Shown: one piece after another, positions 9,741-20,316 of the stretch | How positions within the stretch are numbered: the first letter of the stretch is position 1 | Layout of the letters: each line of letters starts with the position of its first letter | Source: an uncultured Saprospiraceae bacterium | GTDB taxonomy: Bacteria > Bacteroidota > Bacteroidia > Chitinophagales > Saprospiraceae | NCBI GenBank assembly: GCA_964579315.1 | Contig: CAZOHX010000001.1 | Span: 1 to 25,823, forward strand | DNA: 25,823 bases | Reading direction: 5' to 3' | Position numbers and translations under genes: made by a program | The notes under the pieces: generated by a model | Databases searched by the model: none | What the model saw: the letters and a program-made list of their open reading frames with translations, nothing else | Told to the model about the DNA's origin: nothing

Positions 9741-10292
9741 ATGTCAAGAATAGGAAATGCTCCGATTAGCATACCAGCAGGAGTTGAAATATCAGTTAGT
9801 AAAGGAAATCTTGTAACTGTTAAGGGAACAAAAGGTGAATTGACTCAGCAAGTTGATCAAGATTTAATTATATCCATAGAAGATGGTACTTTATCTGTCT
9901 CTAGACCTACTGACCAAATAAGACATCGTGCAATGCATGGTCTATATAGATCTCTTATTAATAACATGGTTGTTGGTGTTTCTGAAGGATATAAAAAGGA
10001 ATTGGAATTATGGGGTGTTGGTTATAGAGTTGCTAATAAAGGTCAGTTGTTAGAATTGGGTCTTGGTTATTCTCATCCAATCTATTTTTCAGTACCTGAT
10101 GAAGTTAAGGTGGAAACTGTAATGGAAAAAGGTAGTAAACCTACCATTATTTTGACATCACACGATAAACAATTGATCGGACAAATAGCTGCTAAAATTA
10201 GAGCATTTAGAAAGCCTGAACCTTATAAAGGAAAAGGTGTTCGATTTAAGGGTGAAGAGATTAGAAGAAAGCAAGGTAAAACTGCTGGTTAG
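9741..10292 (+). CDS. rplF: 50S ribosomal protein L6
   Basis: MSRIGNAPI, LGLGYSHP, RKPEPYKGKGVR. Confidence 0.99.
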   Translation: MSRIGNAPISIPAGVEISVSKGNLVTVKGTKGELTQQVDQDLIISIEDGTLSVSRPTDQIRHRAMHGLYRSLINNMVVGVSEGYKKELELWGVGYRVANKGQLLELGLGYSHPIYFSVPDEVKVETVMEKGSKPTIILTSHDKQLIGQIAAKIRAFRKPEPYKGKGVRFKGEEIRRKQGKTAG

Positions 10293-10319
10293 AATTTTTG
10301 ATATTAAAAGTTTAGTAAA

Positions 10320-10673
10320 ATGGGATTGTCCAAAAAAGAAATTAGACGAAAGATTCGTTATAGAATACGAAAAAAAGTTAAAGGTACGAGTGAAAGACCT
10401 CGATTGGCTGTTTTCAGAAGTAATAAAACTATCTATTGTCAAGTAATCGATGATGTTAATGCAAAAACTTTGATGGCTGCTTCTTCTAGCATGAAAGGTC
10501 TATCTGTGGATGGCAACAAAATTGAACAAGCAAAAGCGGTTGGTAAACTAATTGGTGAGAAAGCTTTGGCTGCTAATATCAATAGTTTAGTTTTTGATAG
10601 AGGTGGATTTTTATATCATGGTCGTATTAAAGCATTGGCTGATGGTATTCGTGAAGCAGGTGTGAAAATTTAA
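10320..10673 (+). CDS. rplR: 50S ribosomal protein L18
   Basis: [33 protein letters not shown]. Confidence 0.99.
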   Translation: MGLSKKEIRRKIRYRIRKKVKGTSERPRLAVFRSNKTIYCQVIDDVNAKTLMAASSSMKGLSVDGNKIEQAKAVGKLIGEKALAANINSLVFDRGGFLYHGRIKALADGIREAGVKI

Positions 10674-10700
10674 AATTTATATTGCAAATATTTATAAGTA

Positions 10701-11219
10701 ATGGCAAAAAGATACGATAAAAAGATTAAACCAGCAGAAACTGAGTTAAAAGAAAAGTTGGTCACAGTCAATAGAGTTACTAAGGTGACTAAAGGGGGAC
10801 GAACTTTTAGTTTTGCTGCAATCGTAGTTGTAGGGGATGGTAAAGGTACTGTAGGACACGGTTTGGGTAAAGCAAGAGAAGTTTCAACTGCAATCTCTAA
10901 GGCGGTAGATGATGCAAAAAAGAATCTTGTAAAAGTCCCTATTTGGAAAGGAACTATTCCTCATGAGCAGAAAGGGAAATATGGTGCAGGTAAAATTTTG
11001 ATTAAACCAGCTTCTGAAGGTACGGGAGTTATTGCAGGTGGTGCAATGAGAGCTGTGTTGGAAATTGCAGGAATTCACAATGTATTAGCTAAATCTCAAG
11101 GATCTTCTAATCCGCATAATGTTGTTAAAGCTACTTTTGATGCTTTAAAAAAGTTAAGGGGACCATATGAAGTAGCAAAAGCTAGAAATATTTCTTTAGA
11201 GAAATTATTTGAAGGATAA
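10701..11219 (+). CDS. rpsE: 30S ribosomal protein S5
   Basis: [38 protein letters not shown]. Confidence 0.99.
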   Translation: MAKRYDKKIKPAETELKEKLVTVNRVTKVTKGGRTFSFAAIVVVGDGKGTVGHGLGKAREVSTAISKAVDDAKKNLVKVPIWKGTIPHEQKGKYGAGKILIKPASEGTGVIAGGAMRAVLEIAGIHNVLAKSQGSSNPHNVVKATFDALKKLRGPYEVAKARNISLEKLFEG

Positions 11220-11244
11220 ATTCGTAACTGTCAGAATAATTGAT

Positions 11245-11424
11245 ATGTCTAAGATTAAAATAAAACAAGTAAGGAGTTCTATTGGTGCATCAAAAAAGCA
11301 AAAAGCAACTTTGATTGCTCTAGGACTTAGAAAAATTAATGGAGTAGTTGAACATAACACTACTTCTGATATTTTAGGAATGGTTGCAAAAGTTGACCAT
11401 TTAATAGAAGTTGAAAAAGCTTAA
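11245..11424 (+). CDS. rpmD: 50S ribosomal protein L30
   Basis: [39 protein letters not shown] at 11245 is preferred over 11209, which overlaps rpsE. Confidence 0.97.
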   Translation: MSKIKIKQVRSSIGASKKQKATLIALGLRKINGVVEHNTTSDILGMVAKVDHLIEVEKA

Positions 11425-11480
11425 TTTTTTTATGTTTTTTCGTCACATTTTTTGTCAAATATCGTAAACGTTATCATAAG

Positions 11481-11923
11481 ATGAATTTGAATAGCTTAAA
11501 GCCTGCCAAAGGTGCTGTAAAAAAGAGAAAAAGAATTGCTCGTGGTCAAGGTTCTGGGCATGGCGGAACATCCACTAGAGGGCACAAAGGTGCAAAATCT
11601 AGATCTGGTTATAGCAAAAAACGTAATTTTGAAGGTGGTCAAACTCCACTACAAATGCGTTAGCCAAAACGTGGATTTAAAAATCCAATTAGAGTTGAAT
11701 ATGTTGGCATCAATTTGGATAGATTCCAAACGATAGCTGAAAAGTTCAGTCTGAAGTTACAATGGATGCATTAGTAGAATGTGGTATTGTGAAGAAAAAT
11801 GATAAAGTTAAAGTGTTAGGAGGTGGTGAGATTACTAAACCTCTAGCGATTACAGTTCATGCTTGTACTGGCTCAGCTAAAGAAGCTGTTGAAAAGGCTG
11901 GTGGAAGTATAAATCTTATTTAA
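11481..11923 (+). pseudogene. rplO: 50S ribosomal protein L15, disrupted as written (premature TAG plus frameshift); may be a sequence error
   Basis: Residues 1-60 are L15 ([25 protein letters not shown]). TAG at 11661-11663 is followed in the same frame by PKRGFKNPIRVEYVGINLDRFQTIAEKFSL. The -1 frame from 11753 reads EVTMDALVECGIVKKNDKVKVLGGGEITKPLAITVHACTGSAKEAVEKAGGSINLI, with TAA at 11921-11923. Confidence 0.93.
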
Positions 11924-11932
11924 AATATTTCG

Positions 11933-13291
11933 ATGAAAAATTTTATTACCACATTAAAGAATATTTGGAACATTGATGAGCTTAGAAAAAGAATTCTTTT
12001 TACTTTAGCCATCCTTGCTGTTTACCGTTTGGGGTCGTTTATCGTTTTACCAGGTGTTATTCCTGAAAATTTGATGAAGGGATCTCAAAATTCAAATGAC
12101 CTTTTAGGATTGATTAATATGTTTACAGGAGGTGCTTTTAAACAAGCAGCTTTATTTGCATTAGGTATTATGCCTTATATTACTGCATCAATTATTATTC
12201 AACTACTAGGATTTGCTGTACCCTATTTTCAAAGATTGCAACAACATGAAGGAGAATCTGGTCGTAAGAAGATAGGGCAGATGACACGTGTTTTGACTAT
12301 TTTTATTACTTTGGTTCAAGGTGGTGGTTACTTAGCATATTTAACATCGCAAGGTGCTGTTGACCCTAATGTACCACAAGGTTTATTTTGGTTTTCAAAT
12401 ATAATTATCCTTTCGGCAGGTACAGTATTTGCTATGTGGTTGGGAGAAAAAATTACAGATCGTGGTATTGGAAATGGTATATCATTATTAATTACAGTTG
12501 GTATTATCGCAAGATTACCAATTGCATTGATTTCTGAATTTCAAATTCAAATCGAAAATAATATATTATTATTGGTATTTGAATTCGCTGCTTTGTTTTT
12601 TGTTGTATTAGGTACCATTGCTATTGTTCAAGCAGTAAGAAGGATACCTTTGCAATTTGCTAATAGAATGGTAGGTCGTGGAGCTTCGAAATTACCAACT
12701 TCTGGTAATAGAGATTATTTACCTATAAAAGTAAATGCTGCTGGTGTAATGCCAATCATTTTTGCTCAGGCATTAATGTTTTTACCAACTACTATGGTGC
12801 AGTTTATGATGGGGGCAAGTGCAAGTTCTAGTTCTTTTTTGAGATCTTTGAGTGATTTTACTTCTCTACCTTATAATGCTATATACTTCCTTCTAATTGT
12901 TGTTTTTACCTATGTTTATACTGCATTGATTGTTAATCCAAAACAACAAGCTGAATATTTGAAACAAAGAAATGCTTTTATTCCTGGTGTTAAGCCTGGA
13001 GATAGTACTGCAGAATATGTTGATACAATCGTTTCTCGTATTACATTACCTGGGTCTATTTTATTAGGTATCATCGCAATTTTGCCTGGACTTGCTTCTG
13101 CTTTTGGAATCAATAGATCTTTTGCTATGTTTTTTGGAGGGACTTCTCTTCTAATATTAGTTGCTGTGGTTTTAGATACTTTACAACAAATCGAAAGTTA
13201 CTTATTATTAAGTAAATATGACGGTCTTGTTAAATCTGGTAAAATTCAAGGAAGAACTAGTTCAATACCTACAGTGGGTGCTGGAATGTAA
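11933..13291 (+). CDS. secY: Preprotein translocase subunit SecY
   Basis: LFALGIMPYITASII, WLGEKITDRGIGNGISL, AAGVMPIIFA, IPGVKPG, GGTSLLI; many hydrophobic segments. Confidence 0.99.
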   Translation: MKNFITTLKNIWNIDELRKRILFTLAILAVYRLGSFIVLPGVIPENLMKGSQNSNDLLGLINMFTGGAFKQAALFALGIMPYITASIIIQLLGFAVPYFQRLQQHEGESGRKKIGQMTRVLTIFITLVQGGGYLAYLTSQGAVDPNVPQGLFWFSNIIILSAGTVFAMWLGEKITDRGIGNGISLLITVGIIARLPIALISEFQIQIENNILLLVFEFAALFFVVLGTIAIVQAVRRIPLQFANRMVGRGASKLPTSGNRDYLPIKVNAAGVMPIIFAQALMFLPTTMVQFMMGASASSSSFLRSLSDFTSLPYNAIYFLLIVVFTYVYTALIVNPKQQAEYLKQRNAFIPGVKPGDSTAEYVDTIVSRITLPGSILLGIIAILPGLASAFGINRSFAMFFGGTSLLILVAVVLDTLQQIESYLLLSKYDGLVKSGKIQGRTSSIPTVGAGM

Positions 13292-13329
13292 TTTCTTTGA
13301 ATCATTAAGTCTTAGTGTAGAAAATAATT

Positions 13330-14148
13330 ATGGTTTATTATAAAACAACTGAAGAAATTGAGTTGATGCGGATAAGTGCATTAATGGTAAGTAAAACGTT
13401 GTCTTTAGTTGGAAGTCTGATTAAACCAGGAGTTACATCTAAAGAGATAGATAAAAAGGCCGAAACATTTATTCGAGATAATGGAGGAATACCAGGGTTT
13501 TTAAATTATGGAGGTTTTCCTGCAACTTTGTGCATCTCTGTTAATGAAGCGGTTGTTCATGGAATTCCAACCGATTACGAGTTTAAAGAAAAAGATATTG
13601 TTTCAGTAGATTGTGGTGTAATTATGAATGACTTTTTTGGTGATTCTGCTTATACTTTCGCAGTTGGTGATGTGGATGATGATGTCATGAAATTGTTAAG
13701 TGTTACTTATACTTCATTATATTTAGGTATAGAACAAGCGGTTGTAGGAAAAAGAATAGGAGATATTGGATATGCTATCCAAAATTTTTGTGAAAGAGAG
13801 CATGGTTATGGTGTTGTTAGAGATTTGATTGGACATGGCGTGGGTAAAAATTTACATGAGGCACCTGAAGTTCCTAATTTTGGTAAAAGAGGGCGTGGTG
13901 CCATAATGAAAGATGGTTTAGTTATCGCAATAGAACCTATGGTGAATATGGGGACTAAGGTAGTTAGACAACTAGATGATCATTGGACCATTATTACAAA
14001 AGATAGAAAGCCTTCTGCTCATTATGAGCATACTGTAGCAGTAAAAAAAGGAAAGGCAGATATTCTTTCTGATCATGGGTTAGTGGATGATGCAGTCAAA
14101 AAAAATAGTGCCTTGAAAAGTGTTCCTTTACTTGAAGTCTTGATATGA
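13330..14148 (+). CDS. map: Methionine aminopeptidase type I
   Basis: VVHGIP, VDCG, GDSAYT, GHGVG..LHEAP, AIEPM, AHYEHT metal-binding motifs. Confidence 0.98.
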   Translation: MVYYKTTEEIELMRISALMVSKTLSLVGSLIKPGVTSKEIDKKAETFIRDNGGIPGFLNYGGFPATLCISVNEAVVHGIPTDYEFKEKDIVSVDCGVIMNDFFGDSAYTFAVGDVDDDVMKLLSVTYTSLYLGIEQAVVGKRIGDIGYAIQNFCEREHGYGVVRDLIGHGVGKNLHEAPEVPNFGKRGRGAIMKDGLVIAIEPMVNMGTKVVRQLDDHWTIITKDRKPSAHYEHTVAVKKGKADILSDHGLVDDAVKKNSALKSVPLLEVLI

Positions 14149-14190
14149 TTTTTAGTCATATAAAATAATTTTGGAAAAATTACAAATAAA

Positions 14191-14222
14191 TGTGAAACAT
14201 TGTTTATTTTTTTGTATCTTTG
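14191..14222 (+). promoter_or_regulatory. Putative Bacteroidota promoter for infA-rpmJ-rpsM and the alpha cluster
   Basis: Perfect -7 element TATCTTTG at 14215-14222, followed by CACTCC. TGTG at 14191-14194 (one mismatch to TTTG) is 20 nt upstream. Confidence 0.75.
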
Positions 14223-14240
14223 CACTCCGAAAATTGAATT

Positions 14241-14459
14241 ATGGCAAAACAAGAATTAATAAAGCAGGACGGTATCATTGAAGAGGCATTATCAAATGCT
14301 ATGTTTCGTATTCGTTTAGAAAACGGGCATAAAATTGTTGGTACTATTTCTGGTAAAATGAGAATGCATTATATTAGAATCCTTCCAGGTGATAAAGTGG
14401 CGATAGAAATGTCTCCTTATGATTTATCAAGAGGAAGAATAGTGTATAGATATAAATAA
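14241..14459 (+). CDS. infA: Translation initiation factor IF-1
   Basis: [40 protein letters not shown]. Confidence 0.99.
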   Translation: MAKQELIKQDGIIEEALSNAMFRIRLENGHKIVGTISGKMRMHYIRILPGDKVAIEMSPYDLSRGRIVYRYK

Positions 14460-14491
14460 TAAAATTTTATTTTAATAAAATATAAATTATC

Positions 14492-14608
14492 ATGAAGGTT
14501 AAAGCTTCAATTAAAAAACGATCTGCAGATTGCAAGATTGTTAGAAGAAAAGGAAAATTATACGTAATCAACAAAAAGAATCCTCGTTTTAAGCAACGTC
14601 AAGGATAA
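14492..14608 (+). CDS. rpmJ: 50S ribosomal protein L36 (38 aa, Zn-ribbon-less type); below the ORF-track cutoff
   Basis: Hand translation: [41 protein letters not shown] at 14606-14608. Confidence 0.98.
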   Translation: MKVKASIKKRSADCKIVRRKGKLYVINKKNPRFKQRQG

Positions 14609-14634
14609 TTTTTTAATTTAATAAATTCGTTACA

Positions 14635-15003
14635 ATGGCTCGAATTGCAGGAGTAGATTTACCAAAAAATAAAAGAGGAGTTATCGGATTAACCTATATC
14701 TATGGTATTGGTTCTTCTAGAGCAGCTGAAATCTTGGATGAAGTTGGTGTTTCTCATGATACTAAAGTGAATGATTGGAATGATGAGAATATTAAGAATA
14801 TTTCTCTTTTAATCCAAAATGAATATAAGGTTGAAGGAGAATTGAGAACGGAAGTTCAGACTAATATCAAACGTTTGATGGACATCGGATGTTATAGAGG
14901 AATTAGACATCGTAAGGGGCTTCCTTTGCGTGGTCAAAGAACAAAAAATAACGCAAGAACTCGTAAGGGTAAGAAAAAGACTGTTGCTGGTAAGAAAGGT
15001 TAG
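14635..15003 (+). CDS. rpsM: 30S ribosomal protein S13
   Basis: [46 protein letters not shown]. Confidence 0.99.
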   Translation: MARIAGVDLPKNKRGVIGLTYIYGIGSSRAAEILDEVGVSHDTKVNDWNDENIKNISLLIQNEYKVEGELRTEVQTNIKRLMDIGCYRGIRHRKGLPLRGQRTKNNARTRKGKKKTVAGKKG

Positions 15004-15064
15004 TCCCAGTAATAAAATTTGATTATTATTTACTTCAGTTTGAAGTTTTAAAATATAAAGTACG

Positions 15065-15451
15065 ATGGCTAAAAGTAAAAAAGCTAAAAAAAGAAATGTT
15101 AGAATAGATACCGAAGGTAAGGTGTTTATTAAAGCTAGCTTCAACAATATTATTGTTTCTATTTGCAACGGTAATGGTGATGTGATTTCATGGGGGTCTG
15201 CAGGTAAAGCTGGATTTAGAGGTTCTAAAAAGAACACTCCTTATGCTGCTCAAATTGCCGCTTCTGATGCTGCTCAAGTAGCATATGAAGCAGGAATGAG
15301 ATATGCTCATGTATATGTGAAAGGTCCTGGCTCTGGAAGAGAATCTGCTATTCGTGCTATTGACGGTGCTGGTATTAAAGTGAAAACAATTAATGATGTT
15401 ACACCTATGCCGCATAACGGTTGTCGTCCGCCTAAAAGACGAAGAGTATAA
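15065..15451 (+). CDS. rpsK: 30S ribosomal protein S11
   Basis: [53 protein letters not shown]. Confidence 0.99.
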   Translation: MAKSKKAKKRNVRIDTEGKVFIKASFNNIIVSICNGNGDVISWGSAGKAGFRGSKKNTPYAAQIAASDAAQVAYEAGMRYAHVYVKGPGSGRESAIRAIDGAGIKVKTINDVTPMPHNGCRPPKRRRV

Positions 15452-15486
15452 TTTTATATAATTTTTAATTTAAGAATTGTTCAGAA

Positions 15487-16098
15487 ATGGCAAGATATAC
15501 AGGTCCTAAGACTAAAAAATCAAGAGCATTTGGAGAAACTATTTTTGGTTTTGATAAATACTTTGAAAGAAAAAAATACGTTCCAGGACAACATGGTCCT
15601 AATAAGAGAAGACGTCAGAAATCTGATTATGCACTTCAATTAATGGAAAAGCAAAAGGCTAAATATATGTATGGTCTGCTTGAGCGTCAATTTAGAAATT
15701 TATTTGTGAAAGCTACTCGTAGTCACGGAGTAACAGGTGAAGTTTTATTGCAATTATTAGAAGCTCGTCTCGATAATGTGGTATATAGAATGGGAATGGC
15801 AAGAACAAGAAATGGTGCTAGACAATTAGTTACTCATAAACATATTTGTGTAAACGGTGTGGTGACTAATATTCCTTCTTATCATCTTAAACCAGGAGAT
15901 ATTATTTCTGTAAGAGGTAAGTCTCAAAATCATCAAGTAATAAATGATTGTATCGCTGGTAAATCTGATGTAAGAAATTTCCCTTGGTTAGAGTTTAATC
16001 CTGATAAAATGGAAGGTGTATATTTGGAAAATCCAGAAAGAAGCCAAATTCCTGAAAAGATTAACGAACAATTGATCGTTGAACTTTACTCAAAATAA
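15487..16098 (+). CDS. rpsD: 30S ribosomal protein S4
   Basis: [45 protein letters not shown]. Confidence 0.99.
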   Translation: MARYTGPKTKKSRAFGETIFGFDKYFERKKYVPGQHGPNKRRRQKSDYALQLMEKQKAKYMYGLLERQFRNLFVKATRSHGVTGEVLLQLLEARLDNVVYRMGMARTRNGARQLVTHKHICVNGVVTNIPSYHLKPGDIISVRGKSQNHQVINDCIAGKSDVRNFPWLEFNPDKMEGVYLENPERSQIPEKINEQLIVELYSK

Positions 16099-16106
16099 AA
16101 TATTTT

Positions 16107-16153
16107 CTAGAAATTTTTATCTCCTCATGGTGATAAAAATTTCTGGGTTTATT
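16107..16153 (+). terminator. Long hairpin between rpsD and rpoA (attenuator/terminator or processing site)
   Basis: Perfect 13-bp inverted repeat AGAAATTTTTATC (16109-16121) / GATAAAAATTTCT (16132-16144), extendable by T.G and C-G pairs, with tail GTTTATTT. Confidence 0.5.
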
Positions 16154-16179
16154 TCATTCCTTAAGAATCTACAATTAAT

Positions 16180-17184
16180 ATGAGCAGAAGTATATTAAAT
16201 TTCCAAAAGCCTAATAAAATTATTTTGCAATCAGCTACTGAATTCGAAGGTCAATTCGAATTTAAACCGTTGGAGCCTGGCTTTGGACAAACTATTGGTA
16301 ATTCTTTGAGAAGAGTTTTATTGTCTTCTTTAGAAGGTTTTGCAATCTCAGCTGTAAGAATAGCTGGTGTCGATCATGAATTTTCAACCATCAAAGGTGT
16401 CGTTGAAGATGTCGTGGACATTATTTTGAATCTTAAGCAGGTTAGAATTAAAAAGGTTTTAACGGATGAAAATATTACAAACGAAAAGGTTTATCTGACT
16501 TTAAGTGGTAAAGATGCATTTAGAGCGGGTGATATTACTGAATTTACTAATGTTTTTGAAGTAACTAATCCAGATTTACTTATCTGTGAAATGGAACCTT
16601 TTGTAAATTTGGAAATCGAATTGACCATCACTAAAGGTCGTGGTTATGTTCCCGCTGATGAAAATGTTTCAAAAGATTTGCCTATTGGAGTAATTCCTGT
16701 TGATGCAATTTATACGCCGATTAAAAAAGTGGCTTATACTGTTTCTAATACTCGTGTGGGACAAAATACGGATTATGAGCAATTGAATCTTGATGTTAAA
16801 ACAGATGGAACAATTCATCCTAAGGATGCAGTAAAAGAAGCTTCAAGAATATTGATTCAACACTTAATGTTGATTACAGATGAAAATATTTCATTGGATG
16901 ATGATAGTTCAAGAGAAGAAAATATTGTAGATGAGCATATTTTACACATGAGAAAGTTATTAAAAACTTCTTTGGAAGATATGGATTTGTCTGTGCGTGC
17001 TTACAATTGTTTGAAAGCAGCTAAAATTGATAGCCTTTCTGAATTGGTGAAGTTTGAAACGCATGAACTTTTGAAGTTTAGAAATTTCGGTAAAAAGTCA
17101 TTGGTGGAAATCGAAGCTCTTTTGATAGAAAAAGGATTAACTTTTGGAATGGATATCGCTAAATACAAATTAGAAGACGCTTAG
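16180..17184 (+). CDS. rpoA: DNA-directed RNA polymerase subunit alpha
   Basis: PLEPGFGQTIGNSLRRVLLSS, GRGYVPA, DLSVRAYNCLK, RNFGKKSL. Confidence 0.99.
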   Translation: MSRSILNFQKPNKIILQSATEFEGQFEFKPLEPGFGQTIGNSLRRVLLSSLEGFAISAVRIAGVDHEFSTIKGVVEDVVDIILNLKQVRIKKVLTDENITNEKVYLTLSGKDAFRAGDITEFTNVFEVTNPDLLICEMEPFVNLEIELTITKGRGYVPADENVSKDLPIGVIPVDAIYTPIKKVAYTVSNTRVGQNTDYEQLNLDVKTDGTIHPKDAVKEASRILIQHLMLITDENISLDDDSSREENIVDEHILHMRKLLKTSLEDMDLSVRAYNCLKAAKIDSLSELVKFETHELLKFRNFGKKSLVEIEALLIEKGLTFGMDIAKYKLEDA

Positions 17185-17200
17185 TCTTTAGTTTTATAGA

Positions 17201-17243
17201 TTGCAGTTACCAATCTTGGGAAAACCAATTGATAGTGCTGCGA
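17201..17243 (+). promoter_or_regulatory. Bulged stem-loop between rpoA and rplQ, similar to the post-fusA hairpin
   Basis: TTGCAG-T-TAC-CAATCTTGGGAAAACCAATTGATA-GTG-CTGCGA. It shares AGTTACCA, TCTTG and TGAT(G/A)GTGCT with 2059-2079. Confidence 0.45.
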
Positions 17244-17276
17244 AGTTATTTTTTAATTAATACAATTTAATCGGTC

Positions 17277-17735
17277 ATGAGACACGGAAAGAAGTTTAAC
17301 CATTTAGGAAGACAAAAAGGACATAGAAAAGCCTTATTACAAAATCAATCTAATGCTCTGATTGAACATAAGCGTATTTTTACAACTTTGGCAAAGGCAA
17401 AAGCTTTGCGTAAATTTGTAGAGCCTATCGTAACTAAAGCTAAAACTAATTCAACGCACGCAAGACGAGTTGTTTTTAGTTACTTGCAAAGTAAAGAAGG
17501 TGTTAAAGAATTGTTCGAAACAGTTATTGAAAAAATTGGTGATAGACCAGGTGGATATTTACGAATCATTAAAACTGGATTTAGACAAAGTGATGGAGCT
17601 GAAATGGCAATGATTGAGTTTGTTGATTTCAATGAAGTTTATCAAGGTGGTGCTTCTAAAAAAGGTACTGTTAAAAAGAAAAGAACTAGAAGAGGTAGAA
17701 AAAAAGCTACTGATTCTGCAAATGACGAAGAATAA
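17277..17735 (+). CDS. rplQ: 50S ribosomal protein L17
   Basis: [41 protein letters not shown]; basic then acidic C-terminal tail. Confidence 0.99.
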   Translation: MRHGKKFNHLGRQKGHRKALLQNQSNALIEHKRIFTTLAKAKALRKFVEPIVTKAKTNSTHARRVVFSYLQSKEGVKELFETVIEKIGDRPGGYLRIIKTGFRQSDGAEMAMIEFVDFNEVYQGGASKKGTVKKKRTRRGRKKATDSANDEE

Positions 17736-17757
17736 TGTCAGTTTAAAAAAATATATG

Positions 17758-17794
17758 AAAAGGCGTAGCAATTTATTTTGCTTCGCCTTTTTTT
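17758..17794 (+). terminator. Rho-independent terminator ending the ribosomal superoperon
   Basis: AAAAGGCG-T-AGCAA-TTTATT-TTGCT-T-CGCC followed by T7 (17788-17794); one T/T mismatch. Confidence 0.85.
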
Positions 17795-17808
17795 ATATCC
17801 TATATTTG
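17777..17808 (+). promoter_or_regulatory. Bacteroidota sigma-70-type promoter for carA-eno
   Basis: TTTG (17777-17780), 20 nt, TATATTTG (17801-17808): exact consensus and spacing. Confidence 0.8.
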
Positions 17809-17824
17809 TGTCAAAATTTCTGAA

Positions 17825-18934
17825 ATGGATAACCAAAATGTTGCAATTTTACTTTTAGCAGATGGAACTTGTTTCTACGGAGTTTCTATCGGAGCGAAAG
17901 GTTCTATTTATGGAGAACTATGTTTTAATACAGGAATGACTGGCTATCAGGAAATATTTACAGATCCATCATATACTGGGCAATTGCTAGTCACTACACA
18001 TGTACATATTGGAAATTATGGAATTAATTATAGTGAACAAGAATCTGGTAAGGTTTGTATCTCTGGTTTGATCTGTAAGAATTTGGAAGAAAAACCATCT
18101 CGCCAACAATCTGATAATGATATTCATGATTTTTTGAGGGTTCATAATATAGTGGGCATTTCAAATGTAGATACTCGACAGATCGTTAGATATATAAGAG
18201 AAAATGGTGCTATGAATGCTGTTATTTCAACCGAATTTTCTGATTTGGATGGTTTGTTAAAATCTTTAAAGAAACAGCCGACCATGGATGGTTTAGAATT
18301 GGCATCAGTGGTTTGTACCGATGTTCCTTATTTTGTCGGTAAGGCAGATGCAAAATTTAAAGTAGCTGTAATGGATTTTGGAGTTAAACGTAATATCTTA
18401 GAAAATTTTCTTGATAGAGATTGTTATTTACAGGTTTTTCCTGCAAAAACATCTTTTTCTGAAATACAAAAGTGGAATCCTGATGGATATTTTTTATCTA
18501 ATGGACCTGGGGATCCAAGTGTAATGCAATATGCTGTCGAAACAACAAAATCCATCTTGGAATCTAAAAAACCTGTTTTTGGAATATGTCTTGGTCACCA
18601 AATTATTGCTAGAACTTTTGGTATAGATACTTATAAAATGCACAATGGGCATAGAGGGATCAATCATCCAGTTAAAAATTTGGAAACAGGAAAATGTGAA
18701 GTCACTTCTCAAAATCATGGATTCGTTGTAAAAATAGAGGATATCAAGAATCATAAAGATTTACTGTTAACTCATGTAAATTTGAATGACGAAACTGTCG
18801 AAGGAATGAGAGTTAAAAATGAAAATATATTCTCAGTACAATATCATCCAGAATCTTCTCCTGGGCCCCACGATTCAAGATATTTATTTGATGATTTTGT
18901 TATATTATTGGAAAAAACGATTTTAGTTAATTAA
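17825..18934 (+). CDS. carA: Carbamoyl-phosphate synthase small (glutaminase) subunit
   Basis: GELCFNTGMTGYQEIFTDPSY, LSNGPGDP, GICLGHQ (catalytic Cys), TSQNHGF, VQYHPE. Confidence 0.98.
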   Translation: MDNQNVAILLLADGTCFYGVSIGAKGSIYGELCFNTGMTGYQEIFTDPSYTGQLLVTTHVHIGNYGINYSEQESGKVCISGLICKNLEEKPSRQQSDNDIHDFLRVHNIVGISNVDTRQIVRYIRENGAMNAVISTEFSDLDGLLKSLKKQPTMDGLELASVVCTDVPYFVGKADAKFKVAVMDFGVKRNILENFLDRDCYLQVFPAKTSFSEIQKWNPDGYFLSNGPGDPSVMQYAVETTKSILESKKPVFGICLGHQIIARTFGIDTYKMHNGHRGINHPVKNLETGKCEVTSQNHGFVVKIEDIKNHKDLLLTHVNLNDETVEGMRVKNENIFSVQYHPESSPGPHDSRYLFDDFVILLEKTILVN

Positions 18935-20233
<1,299 letters not shown>

Positions 20234-20258
20234 TTATTATAACAAATCGTTCCTATAA

Positions 20259-20290
20259 TTTGAGTTTTGATTAATGAAAACTTATATTTG
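20259..20290 (+). promoter_or_regulatory. Bacteroidota promoter for ftsB-sucD
   Basis: TTTG (20259-20262), 20 nt, TATATTTG (20283-20290). Confidence 0.8.
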
Positions 20291-20316
20291 TTCATCTTTT
20301 AGATAATTGATTTCTT

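Noticed and set aside
11661-11663. Amber (TAG) reassignment or an alternative genetic code as the explanation for the rplO stop
   Set aside because: TAG terminates rpsC, rplN, rpsH, rplF, rpsM and rpoA, several at clearly conserved C-termini (for example SLAPEVL*, LLCYVY*). It also would not fix the separate frameshift.
13291-13330. No adk between secY and map
   Set aside because: secY-map-infA without adk is a normal gene order in this phylum.
14980-15022. Possible frameshift at the S13 C-terminus (TVAGKKG-TAG; the +1 frame reads VSPSNKI-TGA)
   Set aside because: The S13 tail is variable and 122 aa is within the normal range, so a lesion cannot be supported without homolog alignment. It is worth a glance if reads are being checked for rplO.
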